Shown piece after piece: positions 39,201 through 50,079 of a DNA stretch of 64,000 bases. Position 1 is the first letter of the stretch; every line of letters starts with the position of its first letter. Source of the DNA: an uncultured Alphaproteobacteria bacterium (lineage in GTDB: Bacteria; Pseudomonadota; Alphaproteobacteria; RF32; CAG-239); contig CALXZL010000003.1 in the NCBI GenBank assembly GCA_944393215.1, forward strand, positions 87,238 through 151,237, given 5' to 3'. Under the pieces are notes generated by a model. It ran no database searches. It saw nothing but the letters and a program-made list of their open reading frames with translations, and was not told the DNA's origin. Both the position numbers and the translations under genes were made by a program.

Positions 39201-39229
39201 ACTCCGCAAGTCTAAGCGGAGTTTTTTGT
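39201..39229 (+). terminator. Intrinsic terminator
   Basis: actccgcaagtctaagcggagt followed by TTTTTTG. Confidence 0.7.
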
Positions 39230-39311
39230 TTAGAGGTGCTAAAAATTGCTTGTAAGTCGGTGCAAATTTGTTTACCATAAGAACAATTTAGAAACAAAAG
39301 GTTGATAAAAT

Positions 39312-39980
39312 ATGATTGCAAAATTGCGCGGGATGGTGGATACCATCGGAGAAGATTATTTTATTATTGATGTGAACGGCGTGGGCTATTTGGTTTATGC
39401 TTCGGCTAAAACTTTGGCGCGTTTGCATGTGGGCGAGAGTGCTTCAATTTTAACGGAAACAGTTGTCAGAGAAGACAGCATCACTTTGTTCGGCTTTGCT
39501 TCGGCTTTGGAAAAAGAGTGGTTTATCACCTTGACCAAAGTGCAGGGTGTGGGGGCAAAAGTTTGTTTGAGTATTCTTTCCGCTTTAACACCTTTGCAGC
39601 TTGCACAGGCTATTTCCGCACAAGATAAAGCATCGTTTACGCGGGCTAACGGCGTTGGACCGAAATTGGCGGCACGTATCGTAACCGAACTTAAAGACAA
39701 AATCGTTACTATTCCGGTGGCGGCAACAACTTCAACCGCCGATATTGAAAAGGAGCTGAATATGGACGCAGATCAAGAAGTTAATGCTTATGAAGATAGT
39801 TTAGTGGCTATGGAAAGCAATTCGGCAGACAGCGAAGATGCCATTTCCGCTTTGGTTAATTTGGGCTATCAACGTATGGAAGCTTATCGCGCCGTTAACA
39901 AAGTGCAGAGTGAAAATCCAAATGCTGATGTTTCCGAGCTTATCCGTTTGTCCTTAAAAGAATTTGCCAAGAAAGATTGA
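39312..39980 (+). CDS. ruvA: Holliday junction branch-migration complex subunit RuvA
   Basis: 222 aa. The conserved N-terminus is MIAKLRGMV...DVNGVGYLV. HhH motifs are present. Confidence 0.85.
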   Translation: MIAKLRGMVDTIGEDYFIIDVNGVGYLVYASAKTLARLHVGESASILTETVVREDSITLFGFASALEKEWFITLTKVQGVGAKVCLSILSALTPLQLAQAISAQDKASFTRANGVGPKLAARIVTELKDKIVTIPVAATTSTADIEKELNMDADQEVNAYEDSLVAMESNSADSEDAISALVNLGYQRMEAYRAVNKVQSENPNADVSELIRLSLKEFAKKD

Positions 39981-39986
39981 TAATCC

Positions 39987-41060
39987 ATGATGAATGCTGA
40001 AAGATTAGTTTCGCCGCACGAGACCGAAGATGAAAAAGAAAACGCCATGCCGGTGAGCTTGCGTCCGCAGAGTTTGGATGATTTTGTCGGACAGCGTCAG
40101 GTTTGCGAAAATTTGAAGGTTTTTATTGAAGCTGCCAAGCAACGTGGCGATGCGCTCGACCATGTGTTGCTTTTTGGTCCTCCGGGGCTCGGTAAAACCA
40201 CTTTGGCATCAATCGTTGCCAAAGAATTGGGGGTTAATTTCCGTGCCACTTCCGCACCGATGATTTCAAAATCCGGTGATTTGGCGGCAATTTTGACTAA
40301 TCTCGAAAAAAACGACGTTTTGTTTATTGATGAAATCCACCGTCTTAATCCGGCGATTGAAGAAGTGCTTTATTCGGCAATGGAAGATTTTCAGCTTGAT
40401 TTAATTATCGGTGAAGGACCGTCGGCGCGTTCGGTGCGCATTGATTTACAGCCTTTCACCTTGGTCGGAGCCACCACACGTTCCGGTTTGTTATCGACAC
40501 CATTACGCGAACGTTTCGGTATTCCTCTTCGTCTTGATTTCTATACGCCGGAAGAGCTTAAACAAATTGTGGTTCGTGGGGCTAATCTCTTAGGGATGCC
40601 GATTTCCGAATCGGGCGCAATCGAAATTGCCAAACGTTCGCGCGGTACGCCTCGTGTTGCCGGTCGCTTACTTCGTCGTGTGCGTGATTTCGGGGCAGTT
40701 TGCAATGCGCAAAGCGTCGATAATAAAATTGCCGATAATGCGTTGCGCCGCTTAGATGTGGACAATTATGGTTTGGATGCTTTTGATAGACGATACTTAA
40801 GCTGTATTTTGCAAAATTATGGCGGCGGTCCAGTCGGGGTGGATACTTTGGCGGCGGCACTTTCCGAAGAACGCGACACCATAGAAGAAGTGATTGAGCC
40901 GTTTTTGCTTAAGCTCGGCTTTTTGCAAAGAACACCGCGCGGGCGTGTGATTTCTGATTTGGGTTGTGAATATTTAGGTATGCCGCGGATGAAAAAATAT
41001 CGTCCGCAAGCCGAGCAATTTGATTTGTTGCAAGCCATAGAAGCCGATAATAATGATTAA
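39987..41060 (+). CDS. ruvB: Holliday junction branch-migration ATPase RuvB
   Basis: Walker A is GPPGLGKTT. The sequence aligns throughout with RuvB. Confidence 0.9.
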   Translation: MMNAERLVSPHETEDEKENAMPVSLRPQSLDDFVGQRQVCENLKVFIEAAKQRGDALDHVLLFGPPGLGKTTLASIVAKELGVNFRATSAPMISKSGDLAAILTNLEKNDVLFIDEIHRLNPAIEEVLYSAMEDFQLDLIIGEGPSARSVRIDLQPFTLVGATTRSGLLSTPLRERFGIPLRLDFYTPEELKQIVVRGANLLGMPISESGAIEIAKRSRGTPRVAGRLLRRVRDFGAVCNAQSVDNKIADNALRRLDVDNYGLDAFDRRYLSCILQNYGGGPVGVDTLAAALSEERDTIEEVIEPFLLKLGFLQRTPRGRVISDLGCEYLGMPRMKKYRPQAEQFDLLQAIEADNND

Positions 41061-41072
41061 GGAGAAGGAATA

Positions 41073-41516
41073 ATGGGTTATGAAGTTTTGGCACCGCAAG
41101 GACAATTTCACGGTAAAGTTTTTGCCTTTCCGGCGCGGGTTTATTATGAAGATACCGATGCCGGCGGTGTGGTCTATTATGCCAACTATCTCAAATATGC
41201 CGAAAGAGCCAGAACCGAATTTATCCGTGCACTCGGAGTTAATCAACACGAGGCTTTGCAAGCCGAAGAAATGTGCGGCTTTATGGTCAGAGGTTTGAAT
41301 ATCGAATATAAAGCTCCGGCAATTTTGGACGATTTATTATCGGTTACTTGCGAAGTGCTTAGCCTCAACGGAGCGCGCTTGGAAATGAAACAAGAAATTT
41401 TTTGCCAGGACAAATTGCTTGTTTCAATGACGGTGCAGTTAGCTTATGTCAGCCTTAACAAAAAGCGTCCAATACGTATTCCCGAAGCAATCGTTAATAA
41501 AATTGAGAGTTTGTAA
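41073..41516 (+). CDS. ybgC: YbgC/4HBT-family acyl-CoA thioesterase
   Basis: 147 aa. The hotdog-fold motif is YYEDTDAGGVVYYANY. It sits upstream of tolQRA. Confidence 0.75.
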   Translation: MGYEVLAPQGQFHGKVFAFPARVYYEDTDAGGVVYYANYLKYAERARTEFIRALGVNQHEALQAEEMCGFMVRGLNIEYKAPAILDDLLSVTCEVLSLNGARLEMKQEIFCQDKLLVSMTVQLAYVSLNKKRPIRIPEAIVNKIESL

Positions 41517-42010
41517 TGAGCGAATTAGAACTTGTTGATGTGATTACCGTTAATCGGGAAAAAACAGGTGAAGTTTTGCCCAGAAAAGAATTTGTGCCGC
41601 AGAAAAAGCATTTTTTGAGTGTGCATGTTTGGGTGAAAAACAGCAAAGGGCAGTTTTTGATGCAAAGGCGCCCGGCACATCGTCATGTCGCACCTAATAT
41701 GTGGTCAGTTCACGGCGGGGTGGCTGATGCCGGTGAAACTTCTTTGGAGGCAGCCAAACGTGAGACTTTGGAAGAAATCGGCTTAAAAATTGAAAATCCG
41801 GTTTTGGTGTATCAAAATCCAGAACCAGACCCGTGGGGCGGAATGGTTGATGTGTGGCTCGCTCATTCTGAAGTCAAAATTGAAGATTTAACTTTACAGC
41901 CGTCAGAAGTTGCCGATGCGCGCTGGTTTACGCCTCAAGAATTGGAAGATTATATAAAACAGGGGAAGGTTTCTTCGCTTGTCCTTTTTGCTTTGCCTTA
42001 TGTGAAATAG
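41516..42010 (+). CDS. NUDIX hydrolase
   Basis: The Nudix box is GGVADAGETSLEAAKRETLEEIGL. Confidence 0.75.
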   Translation: MSELELVDVITVNREKTGEVLPRKEFVPQKKHFLSVHVWVKNSKGQFLMQRRPAHRHVAPNMWSVHGGVADAGETSLEAAKRETLEEIGLKIENPVLVYQNPEPDPWGGMVDVWLAHSEVKIEDLTLQPSEVADARWFTPQELEDYIKQGKVSSLVLFALPYVK

Positions 42011-42122
42011 ATTGAATTTTTCCATTGAAAAAAGTGAAATAATTAATTGAATCTTTAATATTTTATGCTAATTCTCTAGTCAAGAATTTGCAGATTTAAT
42101 TTTTTTAGCTAAAAAAAGGTAT

Positions 42123-42875
42123 ATGAATATGGAAACAGAAGCTTTGAACGAAGTGGCAACAAAAGCCGCTGAAATGTCTATGTGGGATTTGGTCTGGGCA
42201 TCGGATTTAGTCACTAAAGCCGTGATGATCGGTTTGATCTTTGCTTCCGTCTGGTGCTGGGCAATTATCATTGAAAAAATCGGGACCATTCGTCAGGTTA
42301 AACAACGTTCCCGCAGTTTTGAAGAAAAATTTTGGTCCGGCGGTTCTCTCGACAGATTGTATGATTCTATCGGTAATCGTCCGCAAGATCCGATGTCGGC
42401 GATGTTTGTTTCCGCCATGCGTGAGTGGAAACGCACCAATATTTTGAAATCTAAAACCGATAGAGGTTTGCGTGGCGTTTCTTTGCAACAACGCATTGAA
42501 AAAGCCATGATGGTTTCTATGGATAAAGAATTGGACGCTTTGGATACGCGTTTGGGCTTTTTGGCTTCTACCGGTTCGGTGGCACCGCTCGTTGGTTTGT
42601 TTGGTACGGTTTGGGGAATCATCAATAGCTTTAATGCTATTGCCGCAACACAAAGCAACTCTTTGTCGGCTATGGCTCCCGGTATTGCCGAAGCTTTGTT
42701 TACCACCGCTTTCGGTTTGATTGCCGCTATTCCTGCCGTGGTTGCTTATAACAAAATTTCTTCCGATTTGGATAGATATTCCAAACGTTTGGAAAACTTT
42801 ATGGATGAGTTTTCCAGCATTTTGTCTCGTGAAATTGATGATACGGCAATTAAAGCCGAAATGGCAGGAGAATGA
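42123..42875 (+). CDS. tolQ: MotA/TolQ/ExbB-family proton channel
   Basis: 250 aa with three TM helices and a conserved C-terminal region. It follows ybgC. Confidence 0.7.
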   Translation: MNMETEALNEVATKAAEMSMWDLVWASDLVTKAVMIGLIFASVWCWAIIIEKIGTIRQVKQRSRSFEEKFWSGGSLDRLYDSIGNRPQDPMSAMFVSAMREWKRTNILKSKTDRGLRGVSLQQRIEKAMMVSMDKELDALDTRLGFLASTGSVAPLVGLFGTVWGIINSFNAIAATQSNSLSAMAPGIAEALFTTAFGLIAAIPAVVAYNKISSDLDRYSKRLENFMDEFSSILSREIDDTAIKAEMAGE

Positions 42876-43313
42876 TTGATGCCTTTTTTGCAAAAGTCTC
42901 GTCGCTCACATCGCGAATATCGCCGTAACTCTGAAATCAATATTACCAACTTGATGGATGTGATGATGGTGTTGTTGGTGGTCTTTATGGTCGCCGCGCC
43001 CCTAATGACCTCGGGTATTGCGCTCGATTTACCCAAAGTCGGCGGAAAAGCCATGGAAGGTAAAGATACTTCCGTTAATATCAGCGTGGATAAAGAAGGA
43101 TATTATTATATCGGCAAAACCGAAGTGCCGGCTGACAAAATTGTTGATAAACTTAAAGCCATTCGCAACGAAAACAGCGAGTTGACCGTTACAATTTCCG
43201 GTGATACTGGTGCGGAATATGGACGCGTTATCGGCTTGATGGCGATTTTGAAGGAAGCCGGATTTGAAAAAGTGGGATTGAAAACGGAACCGAAGCCACA
43301 TGCAAATCGTTAA
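42876..43313 (+). CDS. tolR: ExbD/TolR-family protein
   Basis: 145 aa with a single TM helix (MDVMMVLLVVFMVAAPLM). Confidence 0.7.
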   Translation: MMPFLQKSRRSHREYRRNSEINITNLMDVMMVLLVVFMVAAPLMTSGIALDLPKVGGKAMEGKDTSVNISVDKEGYYYIGKTEVPADKIVDKLKAIRNENSELTVTISGDTGAEYGRVIGLMAILKEAGFEKVGLKTEPKPHANR

Positions 43314-44256
43314 AGATGAAAATATGGACAAGGCCGTTAAAAAGTCTTTGTTGTTGCATCTCATCGTCTTTCTTATGATGATTGTCGATTTGCCGTTGTT
43401 TTGGTCTAATCGTGCCACACTCAATCAAGTTCCGATTATTGTTGACTTGAAAGATGTGAAAATTTCGGAAATGACCAACTTGCCGCCTAAAGCCAAGTTC
43501 GGCAAAGAAGATCAAGCCGCGTCTCAAGTCAAACGTAAGGTTGAAGAAAAATACACCAAAGATGAAGCGCCGCAAGAAGAGGTAAAGTCTAAGGCAAAAG
43601 CTCAAGAAGAAACTACCGAGACCAAAGAAACTCCAAAGCCGCCAAAACAAGATTTTCTCGTCGCACCGCAGCCTAAGAAACCGAAAGTTCCGGTTAAAAA
43701 AGTTGCGCCTAAACCGGCTCCGAAACCGCAACCAAAAAAGCCGCAGCCTAAAAAAGAAGCTCCGAAACCTAAAGATGATCCAAAATTGGCTAATCCGTTG
43801 AAGAGCTTGCTCGCGTCTGTTGATGCTTTGGAAAAAGAAACCGGCAACAAGAGCGCAACCGCAACCATTAAAGAAGGTACGGATGTTGCCAATATGGGTA
43901 TTGAGGGTGGAACCGGCGGTTCTTATTTCAGCGAGCTTTCCATCTCCGAAATTGATGCTATTGCCGGCAGATTGCGTGCTTGTTGGAATCTTGATTCGGG
44001 GGCTATGGGCATTAAAGATATGATTATTGAGGTTCGTGTATTCCTCAACAAAGACGGAACGGTGCGTGATGCCAAAATTTTGGATACATCTCGTTACAAC
44101 TCTGATAAAGCCTTCCGTTCGGTAGCTGAAAGTGCAAGACGCGCGGTCTATGTCTGCCAACCATATTCTATTTTTGCTAATCGCTATGCCGATAAGTATG
44201 ATATGTGGAAGACAATGCTCCTGCGCTTTAATCCTTTGGATGCTTCCATTAAATAG
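43300..44256 (+). CDS. tolA: TolA-like / TonB-like periplasm-spanning protein (Pro/Lys-rich)
   Basis: 318 aa with an N-terminal TM, a KP-rich spacer and a C-terminal globular domain. TolA versus TonB is not resolved. The tolQRA order favours TolA. Confidence 0.5.
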   Translation: MQIVKDENMDKAVKKSLLLHLIVFLMMIVDLPLFWSNRATLNQVPIIVDLKDVKISEMTNLPPKAKFGKEDQAASQVKRKVEEKYTKDEAPQEEVKSKAKAQEETTETKETPKPPKQDFLVAPQPKKPKVPVKKVAPKPAPKPQPKKPQPKKEAPKPKDDPKLANPLKSLLASVDALEKETGNKSATATIKEGTDVANMGIEGGTGGSYFSELSISEIDAIAGRLRACWNLDSGAMGIKDMIIEVRVFLNKDGTVRDAKILDTSRYNSDKAFRSVAESARRAVYVCQPYSIFANRYADKYDMWKTMLLRFNPLDASIK

Positions 44257-44265
44257 CAAAAAAAT

Positions 44266-44302
44266 CCCCTCTGATTGGCAAATCATTGGGGATTTTTTGT
44301 GG
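44266..44302 (+). terminator. Intrinsic terminator after tolA
   Basis: aatcccctctgattggcaaatcattggggatttttt. Confidence 0.7.
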
Positions 44303-44339
44303 CTTGCTTAAGCCTTAAAAATATGCTTTAATAGAGCTT

Positions 44340-44623
44340 ATCTTTGGGAAAGGAACTCTTATGACAGTCTTGAAGCTTATCGGTAAATATCTCGGCAAAG
44401 TGAAGTTTATATTCAAAAGTCGTTAGCCAAACTGATGAAAGGTAAAACCGTGATTGCCATTGCACACCGCTTGTCCACGCTCAAAAATATGGATGAAATC
44501 GTCGTTTTGCAAAAAGGCAAAATCGTAGAGCAGGGCAGCCAAGCCGCACTTCTCAAGAAAAAAGGCGTGTTTCATCATCTTTACCAGTTGCAATCGGAAG
44601 GCTTTTTGCAGTTTGAGGAATAA
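44340..44623 (+). pseudogene. Remnant of an ABC exporter ATPase (N-terminal ~20 codons joined to the C-terminal ~70 aa)
   Basis: The C-terminal ..TVIAIAHRLSTLKNMDEIVVLQKGKIVEQGSQAALLKKKGVF.. is the H-loop/C-terminus of an MsbA-like ABC exporter. There are no Walker A, TM or signature regions upstream. Confidence 0.5.
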
Positions 44624-44676
44624 GCAATCTTGTAATCAGAAAATCAGGATTTATATTATTGTTATGAGGTGATGCC

Positions 44677-45177
44677 ATGACGATGATATATGTTAATGAC
44701 AAAATGCAGCAAGGTTATTCCTATGAACTCACAGAGCCGATGGGAATGAATTTTGCGCCTGATTTTAAGCCCGAACTCACGCCGCAACAAATGTTGGAAA
44801 TGGGCGTGTTTGAAGGGCATTATCTGAACGATTGCCAAAATGAATTTCTTTCATCTTGGTTTGTAAATGCTCGGTTGTCTTTAAATAAACCTGATGAAAA
44901 GGTCAACTACTTTCACATCAAATCTCGTCAGCCTTTGCAAGAGTGGCAACGCAAAGGGTGGATAATAGGTCCTGATGTGCGCGGGTGGTTTCAGTGGTAT
45001 TGCCGCTATTATATGGGAAGACGTTTACCGGAGGTTGACGTTTTGCAGATCAAACGTTGGAAGGCATTTAAACGTCATAAAGCTCAAGTGGAGCAAAATT
45101 GTCTTATCGGGGATTTATTTTGTCGTCCCCGCCAACGCCAGGCATTGTTGCAATGGGCTTATAATCCAATTTTTTAG
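44677..45177 (+). CDS. Hypothetical protein
   Basis: 166-aa ORF with no recognisable motifs. Confidence 0.45.
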   Translation: MTMIYVNDKMQQGYSYELTEPMGMNFAPDFKPELTPQQMLEMGVFEGHYLNDCQNEFLSSWFVNARLSLNKPDEKVNYFHIKSRQPLQEWQRKGWIIGPDVRGWFQWYCRYYMGRRLPEVDVLQIKRWKAFKRHKAQVEQNCLIGDLFCRPRQRQALLQWAYNPIF

Positions 45178-45432
45178 GAGAAAAAAAGTGAATTTGGAAA
45201 ACAGACATAAAATTATTTTTTGGGTTGTTGTGGTTGCGGTTGTTTTAGCGTTAGTTTTATTTAATTAGGAGAAAAAATATGAAAATTTGGCATTGGATCG
45301 TGATATTAGTGCTTATTTTTGCCTTAGGGATTACTTTTTTGTATTAAATTTCTAAAAAAATGTGAAATTTGTGCTTGACAGCACGGTTAAAAAAGAGTAA
45401 ACAGGGGTTGTTCTTGCAGAACAGTAACTCAT

Positions 45433-45511
<79 letters not shown>

Positions 45512-45623
45512 AAGACACCTAACATATTGAAGTTGGGTGTTATTTTTTTTTATTCTAAAAACGCTATTTTGGCATTGCCGGCAAGTGTATCACAGCCCTG
45601 TATCACAAGAGAGAGGCGATAAG

Positions 45624-47390
45624 ATGAATGGGCATACACGACTCGTTAGGCGAAACACCACTTACTACATTAGAGCCAGAATACCGTCAGCATTGGTGTA
45701 TTTAGCGAAATCTGTTCAGTTCAATTATTCATTAAGGACGCATAACTATTATGAAGCTCTTGAAAAAGTGCGAAAAGAAAGTTATAAAATTGATAAGAAA
45801 ATCAATTTGTTAAGGGCTATTGACATGAAAATCAAAAATGGTGAGTTATTTCTTGACGATACAGATATTGACAAGCTTGTGATTCATAAATTGGAAGAGG
45901 TCGAAAAACTTTTTGAAAATAACTATGAAGATATTGCTGATGGTTCCTTTAAGCTTGATGATGTTAAAGTATTTTCACCAGAAAAATTGGATAAGGCAAA
46001 ACAACAAACCATACAATCGCCAATTACACCAGAGTTGAAGTGTGTAGAATTATATATTCGTGAATATTTTAACGATTTAAAGCGAGATAAACGTTCGCCA
46101 ATACAAACGGTAAAAATGATTGGGCGGTTGGATAGCGAGGATATTAAAATTATTTCTCATCCCGAAAAAATAAGCCAATGGGTTGTTGATACTAAAAAAG
46201 TTTTGAAGGGGGTTGATGCCTATATTGATAAGAATACCATCGCTATTCAGAACGGAGAAAATGTAGTTGGAATTAACCAGAGAGTTAAAAGGTGTATTGC
46301 TGCTATTGAGTTAGAGAAAAATGCAAAGGCAATAAAATCAAGCAACACCCAAACGCCATGGAAGAGAATATTTAAGGATTTTGCGGAAAAGAAACGCAAT
46401 AATAAAATTAGCGAAAATTCTATAAAAGAAAATGAGTTGTGTCTTTATACTGCTTTTTCAATATTGGATAAGCAATACATTGAAAATGTTACTTATCAAG
46501 ATTGTCAAAAATTATCTTTGTTGATGTATAAACTTCCCAAGCGATGGAATGAGAAATATAAGCCAGAAGAATTAAGAGAGTTGTTAAAAACAGAAACAAC
46601 AAATAGAATATCAATTACATCGGTCAATAAGTATTTGCGGACATTTAAGGAGTTCCTTTTATATTGTAAAAAGAGAAGATTTATTCCCGAAAGTTTTAGT
46701 GATGATATTGAGGTGCCAAAGAGGAGAGACCCGATAAAAATTGATGCGTTTAATCGTGAAGAATTACAAAATATTTTTAATCCGTCATTTTATCCGCCAA
46801 AAAATAGTATATATTATGCTTGGCGGTATTGGATTCCCCTAATTGGAATATATACAGGTATGCGATTAAATGAGATTTGTCAGTTATATGTTGATGATGT
46901 TAAATATTTGAATCGTATTTGGTATTTTAGATTAACAAATGAGCGGTCAGACCAAAGTTTGAAAAATAAACAATCAAAAAGATTAGTTCCTATACATCCC
47001 AAATTGATAGAATTAGGTTTTATTGACTTTGTTAAAAGTATAAGAGAAGCCAAAAAAGATAGATTATTTTATCAATTCGAGTATAGCCCTAAAAATCATT
47101 ATACACATGCTATGAGTATGTGGTTTGCTCGCTATCTAAAAGGGTTAGGAATTGAAGGAAGAAATAAGGTGTTCCACTCGTTCCGTCATACGGTAAAACC
47201 ATATTTAAGAGATGCTGGTATTTCACAAGAATATCAAAATGCTATTTGCGGTTGGTCTGCTAGTGATATAGGTGAGCGTGTGTATGGTGGTGAAATTCCA
47301 ATTAAGGTGCTTTATCAAGAAATATCTAAATTACAATATCCATTTTTAGATAAGAATTTAGAAGAAATAAAGAAATTAAATGAAAAATAA
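45624..47390 (+). CDS. int: Tyrosine-type site-specific integrase
   Basis: The C-terminal catalytic motifs are ..GMRLNEICQL.., VFHSFRHT and ..ERVYGG (catalytic Tyr). The RBS gagg precedes the ATG at 45624. Confidence 0.85.
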   Translation: MNGHTRLVRRNTTYYIRARIPSALVYLAKSVQFNYSLRTHNYYEALEKVRKESYKIDKKINLLRAIDMKIKNGELFLDDTDIDKLVIHKLEEVEKLFENNYEDIADGSFKLDDVKVFSPEKLDKAKQQTIQSPITPELKCVELYIREYFNDLKRDKRSPIQTVKMIGRLDSEDIKIISHPEKISQWVVDTKKVLKGVDAYIDKNTIAIQNGENVVGINQRVKRCIAAIELEKNAKAIKSSNTQTPWKRIFKDFAEKKRNNKISENSIKENELCLYTAFSILDKQYIENVTYQDCQKLSLLMYKLPKRWNEKYKPEELRELLKTETTNRISITSVNKYLRTFKEFLLYCKKRRFIPESFSDDIEVPKRRDPIKIDAFNREELQNIFNPSFYPPKNSIYYAWRYWIPLIGIYTGMRLNEICQLYVDDVKYLNRIWYFRLTNERSDQSLKNKQSKRLVPIHPKLIELGFIDFVKSIREAKKDRLFYQFEYSPKNHYTHAMSMWFARYLKGLGIEGRNKVFHSFRHTVKPYLRDAGISQEYQNAICGWSASDIGERVYGGEIPIKVLYQEISKLQYPFLDKNLEEIKKLNEK

Positions 47391-47419
47391 GGGGGAATTT
47401 GTCCCCCTTTATAAAAATA
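47391..47419. terminator. Bidirectional terminator between the convergent genes
   Basis: aagggggaatttgtccccctt. Confidence 0.6.
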
Positions 47420-47968
47420 TTATTCAGCTGATTTTATTTCTGATTCAGTCATTTTAGATTTTGTCTTTGATTTTTTATTTGTTAAATTATTCTTTTTATT
47501 TTCAGCTCTTGTTTTTTTTGCTTTTTTCATAGATTCATTTTTTGCCGTTTCGTATTTTTTATAATTTTCATCAAACCATTTTTCATTATTAAGCAATTCA
47601 AGACAATTAGTTAAAATGGCTTTTTTTGCGATAAAATTATCTTTTGCATTAGATGATAATTCATTTCCTAATGAAGTAATAATAGCATCATCAATAATCC
47701 CTTTATAAAATATTTTTGAGCCATATCTTAATACTAATGTTGTTTTATTATTTTTTGTTAATGAAAAAAATTGTTTCATTTTGGGAAGTGTATATTCTGG
47801 TATTTCCTTATTAGCATTTTCCAATGCTAACTTAATATTATTTTCAATTTGGGTTTTAACATTTTGTTTTTGTTGAACTTTTGACACTCTTTCTGCTTCT
47901 GATTTAGAATAATCTTTTATTATCCATTTATTTGTAGTGTCATGTGATTTATTACTGTTCTCTACCAT
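47420..47968 (-). CDS. Hypothetical Lys-rich protein (island cargo)
   Basis: 182-aa ORF with no recognisable motifs. Confidence 0.45.
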   Translation of the reverse strand: MVENSNKSHDTTNKWIIKDYSKSEAERVSKVQQKQNVKTQIENNIKLALENANKEIPEYTLPKMKQFFSLTKNNKTTLVLRYGSKIFYKGIIDDAIITSLGNELSSNAKDNFIAKKAILTNCLELLNNEKWFDENYKKYETAKNESMKKAKKTRAENKKNNLTNKKSKTKSKMTESEIKSAE

Positions 47969-48309
47969 TTTAGTATCTCCATCTCATATAAATTGTAATC
48001 AATTAGTATATTATTACTATAAAAATACTATTGCTTATAATATTAAATAGTATCTTTTATAAAGATATTCTATAACGATTATTTTACAAATAGAATAAAA
48101 TCAAGTTATACACAGAATAGTTTAAATTTTTTTAATATTTAATTTATTATGTCATTTTTTTTTACTCAAATAATAGTAATATTAAAGCATACTTCAATGT
48201 TACCTTAAAAACATATCAAAAAAAGTAATATTAAGGTAATATTTGTATTGACTTTTAAAAAGTAAATGGTAAATTAAGACTATAATATTACTTTTAAGAG
48301 GTTAAGAAA

Positions 48310-48882
48310 ATGAAATTTTTATATGCAAGAGTTTCTTCAAATGATGGCTCTCAAAAAATCGATAGACAAACAACTGAAATTGAAAAATATGATGAAGTAT
48401 TTGAAGATTATGCTTCCGGTGGTTCAACTAATCGTCCAAGATTACAAGAAATGTTAAAATGGATTAGAAAAGGTGATATTGTTGAAGTTCATTCTATTGA
48501 CCGCTTGGCTCGTAATATTAACGATTTATTGCAAATAGTAAAAACTATTACAGAAGAACGCCATGCCGAAATTTATTTTATTAAAGAAAATTTACGTTTT
48601 ACTGATGATACAAATAATCCATTTAATAAATTGACCTTACAAATTATCGGTTCTATTGCAGAATTTGAAAGAAATATGATAAAGATGCGTCAAAAAGAGG
48701 GAATTGCTATCGCAAAAAATAAAGGTGTATATTCAAAAGAGCGTTGCAAAAAATTATCATTATCAAAAATTGAAGAATTGAAAAAAGATATTGCTGATAA
48801 AGTAAAGGTTAGTGATATTTGTAAAAAATATGGAATAACAAAACCGACATTTTATAGATATAAAGAGCAATATAAGATATAA
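48310..48882 (+). CDS. Serine recombinase (resolvase/invertase family)
   Basis: The N-terminal catalytic motif is YARVSSNDGSQKIDRQ. ..SIDRLARN.. is present, and a C-terminal HTH is present. Confidence 0.8.
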   Translation: MKFLYARVSSNDGSQKIDRQTTEIEKYDEVFEDYASGGSTNRPRLQEMLKWIRKGDIVEVHSIDRLARNINDLLQIVKTITEERHAEIYFIKENLRFTDDTNNPFNKLTLQIIGSIAEFERNMIKMRQKEGIAIAKNKGVYSKERCKKLSLSKIEELKKDIADKVKVSDICKKYGITKPTFYRYKEQYKI

Positions 48883-48893
48883 GTAAGGCGGAT

Positions 48894-49490
48894 TTATACC
48901 GCCTTTTGTTTTAAGAATTTATAAAATGTTGAATAATCCACATTTAGCATTTTAGCAATTTTAGTTTTCTTGATGTTTTGTGATAGCAATTTCTCAATTA
49001 AATCTTCTTTTCCTGATAATTTAGTTATTTTATTTTTTCTCCCTATTGGTCTTCCAATATGTTTTCCATCCGCTTTTAAACGTGCTAAACATTGTTTAGT
49101 CCTTTGCGAAATTAAATCTCTTTCAATTTCAGCAGATAACCCAAAAGCAAATGCCAATACCTTTGACTGTATATCTGTCCCTAATCTATAATTATCTTTT
49201 ATTGTCCATATCTGACAACCAACATTCATACAGTGATGAAGTATATACATAATTTGCAATAAATTTCTGCCTAATCTTGAAATTTCGGAAGTTATTAAAA
49301 TATCATCTTGTTTTAATTTTCTTAATATTTTTCCTAATTTTCGTTCTTCTAATGGCTTTTTTGATGATATTGTCTCAGTAATCCATTTATCTATATTGAT
49401 ATTATTTGTTTTAGCAAAATTTTCTATTTCAAATTTTTGATTTTCTTGATGTTGTAAATCGGTTGATATTCTAATATATGCGTAAATCAT
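48894..49490 (-). CDS. Serine recombinase (resolvase/invertase family), convergent with the preceding recombinase
   Basis: MIYAYIRISTDLQHQENQ.. is present, ..ISRLGRN.. is present, and a C-terminal HTH is present. The RBS is aagga. Confidence 0.8.
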   Translation of the reverse strand: MIYAYIRISTDLQHQENQKFEIENFAKTNNINIDKWITETISSKKPLEERKLGKILRKLKQDDILITSEISRLGRNLLQIMYILHHCMNVGCQIWTIKDNYRLGTDIQSKVLAFAFGLSAEIERDLISQRTKQCLARLKADGKHIGRPIGRKNKITKLSGKEDLIEKLLSQNIKKTKIAKMLNVDYSTFYKFLKQKAV

Positions 49491-49724
49491 AACTAATCCT
49501 TTTAATTTATTTATTAAAAAGATTAGGTTAAAAAGCATTTTAAGAGATTGAAAATAAGGGAACAATTCTTTTCCATACTATATCTATCTTTTTAAAAGTC
49601 AATTAAATTTTATTTTTTTGCCTTTAATCCCTTGTGGGGCTTGGATTTTCTTAAATTTCCCTGTGAATTTATTTTACCCGTATATTTTTGTGGAAGAAAA
49701 CCGTTCAGTTTTTCGCAGGTTTTT

Positions 49725-50075
49725 ATGAATATAGGGTTTGAAAATATAACTTATGGCAATCTAGTAATGCTATGTATAAGCATTATTATTTCTGTAACTT
49801 TATCAGTAATTGCGGCTCATATTGCTTTATATAGAGAATTATCACTTATTAGAGAGCGAAAATTAAGGGATAGATATTGGAATTATCTAAAATCTTTAAT
49901 TTCTAAAAAAGATTTAGAAATACAAACATATAATATTTGTTTATTTGCTAAAAATCCACAAATCGGAATTATGGCAAAAGATTTTTTGAAACATAAAAAT
50001 CTTAATAATGCAGATATTGAAAAAATGATTTCATTAATGAGAAAAGATTTAGGTTTAACCACTTATAAGGATTGA
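49725..50075 (+). CDS. Small membrane protein (island cargo)
   Basis: An N-terminal TM (LVMLCISIIISVTLSVIAAHIALY) is present. The start is chosen at the internal Met. Confidence 0.35.
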   Translation: MNIGFENITYGNLVMLCISIIISVTLSVIAAHIALYRELSLIRERKLRDRYWNYLKSLISKKDLEIQTYNICLFAKNPQIGIMAKDFLKHKNLNNADIEKMISLMRKDLGLTTYKD

Positions 50076-50079
50076 AATA

